NCBI RefSeq assembly: GCF_003367075.2
Contig: NZ_CP065936.1
Coordinates: 1,110,001 to 1,142,000, forward strand
Length of the DNA stretch: 32,000 nucleotides
Source: Cylindrospermopsis raciborskii Cr2010
GTDB lineage: Bacteria > Cyanobacteriota > Cyanobacteriia > Cyanobacteriales > Nostocaceae
Direction of reading: 5' to 3'
Shown here in pieces: positions 16,674 to 27,200 of this stretch; position 1 is the stretch's first letter, and each line of letters begins with the position of its first letter. Both the position numbers and the translations under genes were made by a program. The notes below the pieces were generated by a model. The model searched no databases. It was not told the DNA's origin and saw only the letters and a program-made list of their open reading frames with translations.

Positions 16674-17273
16674 ATGCTTGTTTATATTCTATCGTTGGTA
16701 GTGGCAATTGCCAGTTTAACTATTTACGCCAGTGCTTTCTTTTTCCCGGAAATTCACCGCAAAAACGATTTTATTTGGAGCGGGGTTGGTTTGTTTTATG
16801 CTTTGGTATTATGGGTTTTTGCATCCCGCATTACCGGGGGTCTATTACTGGGTCATGTAGCTAGTGTGTCACTTTTGTTATGGTTTGGTGGGCAAACTCT
16901 TTCTTTGCGTGGTCAACTTGTCTCCAAGGGAAAGCCAACGTCAGTTCCCACTGCACAACCGGAGATTAAGGGGATTCAGCAACCAGTATCTAAGATATCT
17001 TTACTGGAAAAGCTGCAACAGCTACCATCATTAATTATTAGGCCGTTTAATGGTCTTATAGTCAAGGTTCAGCAAGTGGTTTTTAAAAACCCCTCTGTAA
17101 ATACTAAAATATCCCCGTCACCCACTCCTGAACCACCCACTCCTGAACCACCCGCTCCTGAACCACCCGCTCCTGAATCACCCACTTCCGAACCACCCGC
17201 TCCTGAATCACCCACTTCCGAACCACCCGCTCCTGAACCACCCGCTCCCGAATCATCTAATCCCCAATCCTAG
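16674..17273 (+). CDS. Ycf66-family protein with repetitive Pro/Glu-rich tail (start at internal ATG)
   Basis: MLVYILSLVVAIASLTIYASAFFFPEIHRKNDFIWSGVGLFYALVLW; AGGAG upstream of 16674; C-terminal PPAPE/PPAPES repeats. Confidence 0.8.
   Translation: MLVYILSLVVAIASLTIYASAFFFPEIHRKNDFIWSGVGLFYALVLWVFASRITGGLLLGHVASVSLLLWFGGQTLSLRGQLVSKGKPTSVPTAQPEIKGIQQPVSKISLLEKLQQLPSLIIRPFNGLIVKVQQVVFKNPSVNTKISPSPTPEPPTPEPPAPEPPAPESPTSEPPAPESPTSEPPAPEPPAPESSNPQS
17121..17255 (+). repeat. 15-bp in-frame minisatellite encoding P-(P/T)-(A/T/S)-(P/S)-E repeats
   Basis: Nine or so near-copies of CCACCCGCTCCTGAA. Confidence 0.9.
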
Positions 17274-17447
17274 ACGATTGGAAGCATAGCTTTAGCCAGT
17301 ATTCTCCAGATCCTTTCTCTCTTGAGTAGTGTTAATCACTTTTAGAATTTTGTCAATGGTTTCAAACAAACGGCACAATCTCTAATAAGTTTGTTAGATA
17401 TTTGTTAAGAAAAGTTACGTAATTCTTAACAAAAGGGAATAATTCTT

Positions 17448-18812
17448 ATGGTTGTTTCACCAGCAAAGAATAAACAACATCATGTTGTTATCATTGGAGG
17501 AGGATTTGGGGGACTTTATGCGGCAAAAACCCTCGCTAATACCAACGTAAATGTCACTCTTATTGATAAACGAAACTTTCATCTATTTCAGCCACTTTTA
17601 TATCAAGTTGCTACGGGCACATTATCACCCGCTGACATTTCCGCACCACTCCGTTCTGTTTTTAGAAACATCAAAAATACTCAAGTGCTGCTAGGAGAAG
17701 TCACCGATATTGATCCCAAAGGACAAAAAGTTTTTCTGGGTGGAGAAGTAGTACAATACGATACACTAGTCCTAGCCACCGGTGCTAATCACTCTTATTT
17801 TGGTAAAGACCATTGGAAAGATTTGGCTCCAGGTCTAAAAACCGTAGAGGATGCTATAGAAATGCGTCGGCGGATATTTTCTGCTTTTGAAGCAGCAGAA
17901 AAGGAATCTGACCCAGCAAAACGCCGCGCTCTATTGACCTTTGTCATCGTAGGTGGTGGTCCTACAGGAGTAGAATTAGCAGGTGCGATCGCAGAATTGG
18001 CTTACCAAACCATGAAGGATGAGTTTCGTAGTATTAATACATCAGAAACCAAAATATTACTACTACAAGGGGGCGATCGCCTGTTACCACATATTGCACC
18101 GGAGTTATCAGAAGAGGCAAAACTCTCCTTACAAAAGTTGGGTGTAGAGATTCAAACTCAAACCAGAGTAACAAACCTAGAAAATGATATTGTTACCTTC
18201 AAAACTGGGGAACGGATTCAGCAGATTGCTTCCAAAACCATATTATGGGCCGCTGGTGTTCAAGGTTCACCCATAGGCAAAATCCTAGCAGAAAGAGCGG
18301 ATATTGAGCGAGATTTTTCTGGTAGGGTAATTGTAGAACCCAATCTGACCATTCCAGGGTTTAAAAACATTTTTGTGATTGGGGATTTAGCCAGCTTCTC
18401 CCATCAAAATGGCAAACCTTTACCCGGTGTCGCACCAGTGGCCAAACAGCAAGGCGAATATGTGGGTACTCTAATTTTACTGAGATTACAAGGTCAAACT
18501 TTGCCAGAATTTAATTACAATGATGTGGGCAGTTTGGCCATGATTGGGCAAAATTTAGCTGTAGTAGATTTAGGTTTTATCAAACTGAAAGGTTTTATTG
18601 CTTGGGTATTTTGGCTAGTAGTTCATATCTACTTCCTAATTGAGTTTGACACTAAATTAGTAGTGGTTTTCCAGTGGGCATGGAATTATATTACTCGTAA
18701 TCGTCGCTCTCGATTAATTACAGGTAAAGCAGCTTTTTTAGAGACACAAACTATCAACAACAATAATCCCTATCAAGCAGCAGAAACTGCACAGCATACA
18801 GTTAAAGTATAG
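17448..18812 (+). CDS. Type II NAD(P)H dehydrogenase (NDH-2, FAD-dependent)
   Basis: VVIIGGGFGGLYAAKTL, VDKRNFHLFQPLLYQVATG, FVIVGGGPTGVELAGAIAE, IFVIGDLA. Confidence 0.95.
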   Translation: MVVSPAKNKQHHVVIIGGGFGGLYAAKTLANTNVNVTLIDKRNFHLFQPLLYQVATGTLSPADISAPLRSVFRNIKNTQVLLGEVTDIDPKGQKVFLGGEVVQYDTLVLATGANHSYFGKDHWKDLAPGLKTVEDAIEMRRRIFSAFEAAEKESDPAKRRALLTFVIVGGGPTGVELAGAIAELAYQTMKDEFRSINTSETKILLLQGGDRLLPHIAPELSEEAKLSLQKLGVEIQTQTRVTNLENDIVTFKTGERIQQIASKTILWAAGVQGSPIGKILAERADIERDFSGRVIVEPNLTIPGFKNIFVIGDLASFSHQNGKPLPGVAPVAKQQGEYVGTLILLRLQGQTLPEFNYNDVGSLAMIGQNLAVVDLGFIKLKGFIAWVFWLVVHIYFLIEFDTKLVVVFQWAWNYITRNRRSRLITGKAAFLETQTINNNNPYQAAETAQHTVKV

Positions 18813-18917
18813 GTTTTTTGTAGTTGTTGAATTATATTTAGCCAGAACGCTTATCCAGCAATCACTTTTACCCATGAAACCTGTCTATAGCGTTCTGGCT
18901 CACTCCCCCGGGTGACT

Positions 18918-19145
18918 TTACAAGTAAGTGCTAAATTTGATGCTTTCTGGATCACCCCAATCATTTGTGGTTGGACTTGGGAACTCATAGTCCCTATAAT
19001 CACTGGGATAGTCCTTTAATTGTATCCCATATTCTTGTGGGTCGTCCAGTTCTAAATCCTTACACCAGCATCCGCTGAAACTAGTTTTTAAAAACTGATA
19101 TTCTCCAATAAGTTCGGTGATCTCCTCTTTTAGGTCAACTGACAT
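18918..19145 (-). CDS. Small hypothetical protein
   Basis: MSVDLKEEITELIGEYQFLKTSFSGCWCKDLELDDPQEYG...; internal Met preferred over the listed 84-aa start. Confidence 0.5.
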   Translation of the reverse strand: MSVDLKEEITELIGEYQFLKTSFSGCWCKDLELDDPQEYGIQLKDYPSDYRDYEFPSPTTNDWGDPESIKFSTYL

Positions 19146-19286
19146 AGTTTTTACCCCCTTAATTAATGTCAAATGTCACTTTTTGAGTTGGTAAACACCA
19201 TACTATGGAGTTATAAGGGAATTATAAGGAAAAATAAGTAGCACAGTTAAGAAATATTGCCAAAATGAGTCCCAATATTGTTTCAC

Positions 19287-19904
19287 TTACCAACTAGCTC
19301 TTTGACGAATTGCTAGAAGGTTACACTGTAGGTCATTGGCGAGGCGATTTTCAATGATCCCTATTGGCATGGTTAGCTTTGGCCAAACTCGAATTGTGTA
19401 GCACAAATCGGTTCCCTCTCCAGTTCCCAATTTATAAGGTTTTAAGCTCCAAAAACCAGAAAAACCTTTGAAGTCACCCTCTACCATTGCAAATTTGATT
19501 AATTTAGGAAAAATCTCTTCCAAGTCTAGCACCACACGGGCACAAAACTTAAAGTTCAGCAAGCACTGAGACCCTATCTGTTCTAAACGTATACCACCAT
19601 CAGGATGTTCTATCAAAGAACTTTTGGTCAAGTTAGGTATAAACTCCACCAGGGATTCATAGTCGGTGAGGATTTTCCATACCTTTTGTACTGGTTGGTG
19701 GATTTGCACTCGAGCGGTAATTTGTCTTTGTCTGTCGGATAGTTTTTCTACCTGGATGCTAACCCCATCTGAATTTTGCTCCAGAGCATTCTTATCCTTT
19801 GACCGGATGATATTTGGAGAACCAAGTTGGTTTTGTGTCGTCACTTTTGAGAATTTGAATGATTTACCGGGTAAAACTAAGATAGGCAATCTTAAGACTG
19901 TCAT
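19287..19904 (-). CDS. SRPBCC / START-like (polyketide cyclase/dehydrase) family protein
   Basis: ITARVQIHQPVQKVWKILTDYESLVEFIPNLTKS..FSGFWSLKP..LRVWP-like pattern. Confidence 0.85.
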   Translation of the reverse strand: MTVLRLPILVLPGKSFKFSKVTTQNQLGSPNIIRSKDKNALEQNSDGVSIQVEKLSDRQRQITARVQIHQPVQKVWKILTDYESLVEFIPNLTKSSLIEHPDGGIRLEQIGSQCLLNFKFCARVVLDLEEIFPKLIKFAMVEGDFKGFSGFWSLKPYKLGTGEGTDLCYTIRVWPKLTMPIGIIENRLANDLQCNLLAIRQRASW

Positions 19905-20001
19905 CCACTATTCTTTCCTAATATTAACAGCATCAGGTATAATTTCCGTTCTTCCAAAGCCTAGTTGGTTATTTTTTTTGTTCAAAGTGCTTTACTCCAA
20001 A

Positions 20002-20027
20002 AGCCTACACTAATTACAGTGTAGGCT
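20002..20027 (-). terminator. Intrinsic-type terminator downstream of rplL
   Basis: AGCCTACACT-(6-7 nt)-AGTGTAGGCT perfect 10-bp stem, followed on the minus strand by TTTTGG. Confidence 0.75.
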
Positions 20028-20034
20028 CGCAATA

Positions 20035-20427
20035 CTACTTAATAGCTACCTTACCACCAGCTTCAGTAATCTTCTTACTAATGTCTTCGGCGGCTTCCTT
20101 GTTGACACCCTCTTTAACCGCTTTAGGAGTAGACTCTACTAACTCCTTAGCTTCTTTTAAGCCTAAACCAGTGATTTCACGCACAATCTTCAGAACCGCA
20201 ATCTTCTTATCAGCAGGTACTTCTTGCAGAATTACATCGAATTCAGTCTGCTCCTCGACTACTTCTGCTGCTGCTGCTCCACCAGGTGCAGCTATGACTG
20301 CCATGCCACCAACGGGCGCAGCAGCACTTACACCAAACGCTTCTTCAATCTGCTTAACCAGTTCCGCAGCTTCTAACAGGGTCAAGGATTTTAACTGTTC
20401 TAAAATTTGATCGGTTGCAGTAGACAT
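20035..20427 (-). CDS. rplL: 50S ribosomal protein L7/L12
   Basis: [10 protein letters not shown]-type motif, [31 protein letters not shown]. Confidence 0.98.
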   Translation of the reverse strand: MSTATDQILEQLKSLTLLEAAELVKQIEEAFGVSAAAPVGGMAVIAAPGGAAAAEVVEEQTEFDVILQEVPADKKIAVLKIVREITGLGLKEAKELVESTPKAVKEGVNKEAAEDISKKITEAGGKVAIK

Positions 20428-20496
20428 TGATATAACTCCTAAGAAATTGTCGTTTTTGTTGATTAGTGGAAATAAGAAAGGTAAAGCTAAACGCTC

Positions 20497-21042
20497 CTAT
20501 TCAGGTGTGGTTGCGCCTTCCTTATCTTTGTCAGCAATAGCTTGAATACCACGAGCCAAAGAACTGGGAACCTCCTTGATACCCACAGCAACTTTTGTGG
20601 CCAATGCGTTGATAGCTCCCGCAATTTGTGCCATCAGCTGTTCCTTGGATGGCAAATCTCCCAAGGCTTTGACATCCTCATCCTTGAGCAAGCGCCCTTC
20701 CATCACTCCGCCACGCAGTTCGGTCTTCTTAGTGGCTTTTTGAAATTCTTGGTAGGCTTTAATTGCTGAAGAGAAATCTTCCTTAACTAGCAAGAAAGCA
20801 GAAGAACCCTTGAGCAACTCTGACATCGGTTGCCATTTTTCTTCCTCCTGAATGGCCAGTCCCATAAAGGTATTTTTAGTCACCTTACAGACCGTACCAC
20901 TAGGACGTAAACGCCTTCTCAAGTCGGTGATTTCGCCAACCGTTAGACCTTGATAATCAATTACCAGTGCCAAAGTTGACTGACTTAGAGTCCCCTTTAA
21001 GTCCGCTACTATCTCTTTTTTGTTTTCTAACGTTCTACCCAT
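20497..21042 (-). CDS. rplJ: 50S ribosomal protein L10
   Basis: KKEIVADLKGTLSQSTLALVIDYQGLTVGEITDLRRRLR; position in operon. Confidence 0.97.
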   Translation of the reverse strand: MGRTLENKKEIVADLKGTLSQSTLALVIDYQGLTVGEITDLRRRLRPSGTVCKVTKNTFMGLAIQEEEKWQPMSELLKGSSAFLLVKEDFSSAIKAYQEFQKATKKTELRGGVMEGRLLKDEDVKALGDLPSKEQLMAQIAGAINALATKVAVGIKEVPSSLARGIQAIADKDKEGATTPE

Positions 21043-21118
21043 ACTTGTGTCACCTCCTAGGGTAAATGCTCAGTCGTGAGTAATTTAGTTATGGCCATGT
21101 TGACTTACCGAAAACAAC

Positions 21119-21145
21119 AAACCCCAGCGATCTTCGCCGGGGTTT
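21119..21145 (-). terminator. Attenuator-like hairpin in the rplA-rplJ intergenic leader
   Basis: Minus strand AAACCCCGGCGA-AGA-TCGCTGGGGTTT followed by GTTGTTTTC. Confidence 0.7.
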
Positions 21146-21220
21146 CATAGTAGTATTTTTAATGCTGTAGTTCCCACGTCTGTTTAGCAGATGTGGAATT
21201 ACTTCAGTCAGTTAAAATTA

Positions 21221-21270
21221 CAACCTCGGCAGGATATTAAGCTATACGCACCTGCTGTCTCCGGCTTAAT
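21221..21270 (-). promoter_or_regulatory. Probable ribosomal protein L10 leader (autoregulatory RNA)
   Basis: Minus strand AAGCCGGAGACAGCAGGTGCG..ATATCCTGCCGAGGTTG resembles the conserved GACAGCAGG...CCTGCCGAGG element, correctly placed upstream of rplJ. Confidence 0.75.
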
Positions 21271-21278
21271 TATGCAAA

Positions 21279-21995
21279 TTATGCAACGTCAGTTGTTTTG
21301 AAATCTCTCAGGGCATTAATATCAATTTTAATTGATGGACCCATGGTAGAAGAGATGTAGAATGTTCGCCAATACCGACCTTTTGCTCCTGAAGGACGAT
21401 TACGGTCAATGGTCTCTTGCAATGCTTTGAGGTTGACCAGCAGGTCTTCCGAAGAAAAGGAGGCTTTACCAAACATAACATGAACAATGCCAGTTCGGTC
21501 AGCACGAAATTCTAGTTTACCAGCTTTAAATTCACTAATCGCACTTGCTATGTCAAATGTTACTGTACCACCTTTAGGAGATGGCATCAACCCACGAGGA
21601 CCCAATAATTTCCCTAGCTTTGCTACCTGTGGCATCACATCAGGAGTAGCAATTAGCTTATCAAAGTCCATCATGCCCTTCTGAATTTCATCAATTAGTT
21701 CTTCAGAACCAGCTATGTCCGCCCCTGCATTGGTGGCTTCTGTGACTTTCTCACCTCTAGCAATAACTGCTACCCGCACTATCTGACCTGTACCCTTGGG
21801 TAACACCACAGTGGTTCGCAGTTGTTGATCCGTGTACTTAGGGTCAATTCCCAGGCGAATATGCGCTTCAGCAGCTTCGGCAAATTTTGCCGTAGCAGTC
21901 TCTTTCAATAGAGCTAACGCTTCTAAGGGAGTGTAATCCCGCTCTTCTACTTTTGCTTGCAACGCCTGTAATCGGCGTGATACTTTCTTTACCAT
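21279..21995 (-). CDS. rplA: 50S ribosomal protein L1
   Basis: [34 protein letters not shown]. Confidence 0.98.
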   Translation of the reverse strand: MVKKVSRRLQALQAKVEERDYTPLEALALLKETATAKFAEAAEAHIRLGIDPKYTDQQLRTTVVLPKGTGQIVRVAVIARGEKVTEATNAGADIAGSEELIDEIQKGMMDFDKLIATPDVMPQVAKLGKLLGPRGLMPSPKGGTVTFDIASAISEFKAGKLEFRADRTGIVHVMFGKASFSSEDLLVNLKALQETIDRNRPSGAKGRYWRTFYISSTMGPSIKIDINALRDFKTTDVA

Positions 21996-22061
21996 GTTTT
22001 CCTCCTGGGGTTGTTTCGAAGTTCCTCACCTCTCCCCCAATATGATTTGAGATTGGGAATT

Positions 22062-22487
22062 TTAATCCTTAATGGTCACACCCATGTTTTTGGCTGTTCC
22101 CTCCACAATGTTCATCGCTGCTTCAATGTCGTTGGCATTGAGGTCAGGAAGTTTGGTTTGGGCAATTTCTTTTAACTGGGTTCTAGTAATGCTACCAACC
22201 TTTTTCTTGTTTGGTTGGTCCGAACCTCTCTCAATTTTTGCCGCCTTACGAATTAAAACCGATGCTGGGGGTGTTTTGAGTACAAAGGTAAAACTCCGAT
22301 CCTCAAATACGGAAATTTCTACCGGAATTACCATACCAGCTTGGTCAGCTGTTTTGGCATTGTACTCCTTACAAAACATCATGATATTAACACCATGTTG
22401 ACCAAGTGCAGGACCAACCGGTGGTGCTGGGTTGGCTTTCCCAGCATTTAAGGCCAATTTAATGACCGCCACTAATTTCTTCGCCAT
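22062..22487 (-). CDS. rplK: 50S ribosomal protein L11
   Basis: [37 protein letters not shown]. Confidence 0.98.
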   Translation of the reverse strand: MAKKLVAVIKLALNAGKANPAPPVGPALGQHGVNIMMFCKEYNAKTADQAGMVIPVEISVFEDRSFTFVLKTPPASVLIRKAAKIERGSDQPNKKKVGSITRTQLKEIAQTKLPDLNANDIEAAMNIVEGTAKNMGVTIKD

Positions 22488-22493
22488 TTGGAT

Positions 22494-23123
22494 TTAGCTC
22501 TGTTTTTGTACCTGATTAAATTCCAGTTCTACTGGTGTATCTCGTCCGAAAATCGAGAGTAGAGCTTTTAGTTTACTCCTTTCTGGCGACACTTCAATCA
22601 CCTCACCCTCAAAATCCTTGAATGGACCAGAAAGTACCATGATCTTATCACCCGTAGCCATGTCAATTTTAACTACTGGCTCCTGTTCTGTGGTTTGCTT
22701 GAATATACGCTCTACTTCTGAGTTGCTTAGAGGAACCGGTTTGACGTGACCGCGACTTCTCCCGCTACCATGCTTCTGCTCTGCTCCTACAAAATTAATC
22801 ACATGGCTAGTATTTTTTACTATTTGCCAAGTGTCATCACTCATCGTCATCCGCACTAAAACATATCCGGGAAAAACTTTCTCTTCTGTTTGTTGACGGG
22901 TGCCGTCTTTACGGATTTTGACTGCTGGAGTGTGGGGTATTTCTACCTGAATAATTTTGTCAGCCACATCAAAAGTTTGAATACGCTGTTCTAAAGTCGT
23001 TTTTACACGTTTTTCGCAACCAGAGGCTACTTGTACCGCATACCAACGTGCTTCATTTACTGTTGTTTCCAGGGTATCTTCTGACTGGAAAGCATCCCTT
23101 GGTTCATCTGTTGCATAACTCAT
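22494..23123 (-). CDS. nusG: Transcription termination/antitermination protein NusG (start moved to internal Met overlapping the secE stop as TGATG)
   Basis: RWYAVQVASGCEKRVKTTLEQR, EEKVFPGYVLVRM, GPFKDFEGEV; secE stop overlaps this ATG. Confidence 0.93.
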   Translation of the reverse strand: MSYATDEPRDAFQSEDTLETTVNEARWYAVQVASGCEKRVKTTLEQRIQTFDVADKIIQVEIPHTPAVKIRKDGTRQQTEEKVFPGYVLVRMTMSDDTWQIVKNTSHVINFVGAEQKHGSGRSRGHVKPVPLSNSEVERIFKQTTEQEPVVKIDMATGDKIMVLSGPFKDFEGEVIEVSPERSKLKALLSIFGRDTPVELEFNQVQKQS

Positions 23124-23344
23124 CAGAACACCTGTTTTGCTGCCCAAGCAAAAAGTCCATCAACTAGATATATTAAAGATGCGGATAGGGTTACCATTAA
23201 TAAAACGGCTGCTGATTCACTCACCAGCTGTTTACGACTGGGCCAAACTACTTTCTCAAGTTCTTCTTTTGTTCCCTGGAAAAAGTTGTTGAAGCTAAAC
23301 CCACCACCACTTTCTGGCATTTCTGCCTCGTTTTTTTTAGTCAC
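23123..23344 (-). CDS. secE: Preprotein translocase subunit SecE
   Basis: FFQGTKEELEKVVWPSRKQLVSESAAVLLMVTLSASLIYLVDGLFAW. Confidence 0.93.
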   Translation of the reverse strand: MTKKNEAEMPESGGGFSFNNFFQGTKEELEKVVWPSRKQLVSESAAVLLMVTLSASLIYLVDGLFAWAAKQVF

Positions 23345-23607
23345 GGTCTTTATACCCCCGTTTCTTAGGTTGCTTTATCGAATTCACACCCTAGTTTAGC
23401 ACGCCAGTCCTAAATTGAGGAGTTAACTCGGTGCGGTTGGCGACATTGTATCACCTAGGATTTTCACACCCTAGCCGCTCTCTGGTAATTTACACCTATG
23501 CCATAGAGATAACGACAAATTCTATCCCAAGTCTTGCTAAAAAGTCAAGGCCTCAAAAATGCGAAACCCAAGCTAGCTCATGTTAACCTATTTATCATGA
23601 CTTTCAG

Positions 23608-23680
23608 CGCGCCCTGGAGGACTTGAACCCCCGACATTAGGTTTTGGAGACCTACGTTCTACCAACTGAACTAAGAGCGC
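23608..23680 (-). tRNA. trnW: tRNA-Trp (anticodon CCA)
   Basis: Minus strand GCGCTCTTAGTTCAGTTGGTAGAACGTAGGTCTCCAAAACCTAATGTCGGGGGTTCAAGTCCTCCAGGGCGC: full cloverleaf, CTCCAAA anticodon loop. Confidence 0.97.
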
Positions 23681-23785
23681 ACGACTTTTGTGTTATTTAC
23701 ACCATGTTAATCTTATTTTTCTTTCTAGTCAAGGGGTAAGCTAAATTTATCAAATTTAGCTTCTTATTCCCATATTATCACTCTA

Positions 23786-24148
23786 TCACAAAGCACGGTC
23801 AAAGCGTTGTTTAATTCTGGTAGCTTTACCAGATAGTTGACGAAGATAATATAATTTAGCTCGTCTAACTTTACCGCGACGCATAATTTTGATATTGTCA
23901 ATCCGTGGTGAGTGCAGTAAAAATACTCGCTCCACCCCTACGCCCTGAAATACCCGACGTACGGTAATAGTCTCGTTAATCCCCCCATTCCGTTTGCCAA
24001 TGACTACCCCTTCGTAGGGTTGCACACGATATTTATCGCCTTCTTTGATTTTTACTCCCACCCGCACTGTGTCACCTACATAGATTTGAGGTAGGTCGGA
24101 CTTTAACTGTTCCGCTTCAATGGAGCGGATAATTTCTTGAGCGTTCAT
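23786..24148 (-). CDS. rplS: 50S ribosomal protein L19
   Basis: [52 protein letters not shown]. Confidence 0.97.
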   Translation of the reverse strand: MNAQEIIRSIEAEQLKSDLPQIYVGDTVRVGVKIKEGDKYRVQPYEGVVIGKRNGGINETITVRRVFQGVGVERVFLLHSPRIDNIKIMRRGKVRRAKLYYLRQLSGKATRIKQRFDRAL

Positions 24149-24211
24149 AGTTCAGTTGTTTTATAGAAAAAACCACAATTAACAATAATAAACCTATAGG
24201 TGTCCCCTAGT

Positions 24212-27200
24212 CTAGATCTTTGAGCTAATTTGTTCAGCCATTTCTTTATTTCTGGCTATAGATGATTTTAGCCACTTATCTTTTTTCCAACCACCTCCTA
24301 TTAAATCATGTAAAAGGGTGTAAAAACATGGGATAATAAATAGGGTCAATAAGGTGGCTACAGACAAACCAGAAAACACCACTACGCCCAGGGGTTGGAG
24401 AAATTCAGATCCTTCGCCAATGCCTAATGCTAGGGGAAACATGCCTAAAACCGTGGTAATTGTTGTCATTAGAATTGGGCGTAGACGCTGGGGTGCTGCT
24501 TTTAAAATAGCGGTGCGACGGTCTATTCTTTCCCTTTCCCTGATTTGATTAGCCAATTCTACCATAATAATGGCATTATTTACCACGATTCCTACCAATA
24601 AAACCGCACCCACAATTACGGTTGCACCAACAGCAGTTTTGGTAATATAAAGACCAAAAACACCTCCAGCTAGGGCTAGAGGTATGGTAAATAAAATGAC
24701 TAATGGATCTACAAGGGAATTATATTGTACAGCCATGACAATAAATACTAAGAATATGGCCAGACCACCTAAGACTTGTAGTGATTGTTGAATTTGGCGA
24801 TTAGACTCTGCTGTTGCACTGGGTAAGACGCTCACGGTTGGGGGGAACTCTACAGTATTTAAAACCTGATCAATCTGTTCTAAGGCTTGATTTAAACTAG
24901 CTCCTTCGGTTAAATTACCTGCAATTAAAAATACTTGACGCTGGTTAATCCGTTGTATTTCTCCCGGTGCTTTACTAGTAATGATCGTCGCTATATCACT
25001 TAGTCTAACTTGTTGATTACCTTGTGTGAATAAAGGTAGTCTTGCCAACTGGGAAGTAGTGTTTAGCGCATCCTCATTTAATTCCACTCGCACATCCACT
25101 AATCGATTATCTCGTTGTATTTGGGTGGGGACACTACCTGTAATAGCTGTTTGAATTGTTTCTCCAATTTCTTTAGTGTTTAACCCCACATTTGTCACTC
25201 GCTCCCAGTTGGGTAGAATTTGGATTTCCGGTTGTTTAGCATCTCCATCGGGACGAAATCTCAGGGCGGTCACTTTTTCTTCTAGGATTGCTAATAACTG
25301 ACGACCTTTTTTTTCTAGGATATCCCCATCGGTTCCTTGGAGGATAATATCCACATCCGCACCACGAGCGGGTGAGTTACTAAGCAATAAACCCCTTACT
25401 TGTCCTCTGGTTAAACGCAGTCGAATATCAACCAAGTTTAGTTCGGTAAATTTTTTACTAACCCGCTCAATATAGCTTTCTATATCTGAACCTGGTTTTA
25501 GGGTAATTGTACTGGAACTGCGTAGGGGATTGGCTGTGCTATTACTACCAAAGAGAAATCCACCAACAGTGGAAAACACATATTTAGTTTCCGGTTGTTT
25601 ACCGACAATTTCATCAACCAACCCCATGACTTTTTGATTGGTTTTGAGGGGAGTACCGGGGGGAAATTGGGCAAACAGATTGACCTGTCCGGTATTAATT
25701 TGGGGGAGAATTTCTTGTTTTAGCTGGGGTGCTATCCAATAGCTACCACCACCTAATAAGAGAGTAGCCATAATAATTGTTAATAACCGCCAACGTAAAA
25801 TTCCGGTTAAAAATTTGCCGTATAATCTAGTAGCAGCTGCGAATTGTTGATTAAACTGTTGAAATAACCAAAAATTGGTTAGGGAAATGGGAACTGGCCA
25901 ACCTAATAATCGAGATGTTAACATGGGTACAACAGTAACAGCTATTAAAATGGAAGCTGCTACAGCAAAGCTAATGGTGAGAATTAGTTCGTTAAATATT
26001 AAGGAAATAAAACCACCAATTAACAAAAATGGTAAGACTGCTACCAGGTTGGTACTTGTGGAAGCTATCAATGCTGATTCTACTTCTCGACTGCTAAGTT
26101 CAGCTTGTTCAATAATTGTGTTTGCTGATAGGTTAACTAGGCGATTTTGCCTTTTATTGTGAGTAATACCTGTGGTGATATTTTCTAACATAACAATAGA
26201 ATTGTCTACCACAATTCCCACTCCCAATGCTAAACCACCCAAGCTAAAAATATTTATTGATAAACCAAATAACCCCATGAAAATAATAGCTGCTAGTGTA
26301 GCTAGGGGAATAGAAATAACAATTATCAAGGTTTGTCGTAAGGACCCAAGAAATAAAAGAACGGCAAAACCTGCTAATCCTGCACCTATTAAACCAGAGG
26401 TGGTAACATTAGCTAGGGAGTTTCTGATAAATATTGATTCATCTAAGGTGGGTGTTAATGTTGATTCTTCGGGTATTTTACCAGCTTGTTTGAGTTGGGT
26501 TATTTTCTCTTTGATTCCATCAACAACATTGACAGTATTAGCATCGGGTTGTTTTTGAATACTAACTTTTACCGCTTCTTCACCATTGAGCAAAACATAA
26601 ACTCTCTGTTTTGCTGCACCATCAGTAACTTGGGCAAAATCTCTCAGGTAAACCCGATTTTTACTGGGGGAATTAGGCGTGGATACTTCTAAGGAAAGAT
26701 CATTAATCTCCTGGGCATTTTTAAATCTCCCCACTGTGCGAGTTAAGGGTTCGGAATTACTTCCTAAAATTCTCCCCCCAGAAATATCTTGATTGCGATT
26801 TCTCAGTTCGTTTAATACATCTGTTAAACCTACTCCTAGGGCTTGTAAACGATCTAAATCAATATTTACCCTTACCTCTTCTTCCACTCCCCCAGATACG
26901 TCTACCAGTGCGACTCCTGGTACTAAACCCAATTCACGCCCTAATTCTTCTTCGGCAAAAACTCGTAAATCTACTCCTTTAAGGGTGGGTGAGGTGAGAG
27001 CAAATTCATATATGGGTAGTTGGGAAGGGTCAAACTTAAATAACCGGGGTTCTTCTATGGTCTCGGGTAATCTATTTCTGGTGCGGTTAAAAGTTGCTGT
27101 AGCATCATTGAGAGCTTGATCAATATTTCCTCCCGGTTGAAAATATAGGTCTAAACTCACTTGTCCTTCTCGAGTACGGGAGACAACTTGAATTACTCCT

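Noticed and set aside
19666-20013. 115-aa plus-strand ORF overlapping the SRPBCC gene
   Set aside because: Antisense to a coherent domain-bearing ORF, and runs into the rplL terminator.
20081-22401. Plus-strand ORFs opposite rplL, rplJ, rplA and rplK
   Set aside because: All are shadows of ribosomal protein genes.
24354-27119. Multiple plus-strand ORFs opposite the RND permease, plus 27731..27934 opposite the adaptor
   Set aside because: Antisense frames within a well-conserved transporter; low-complexity translations.
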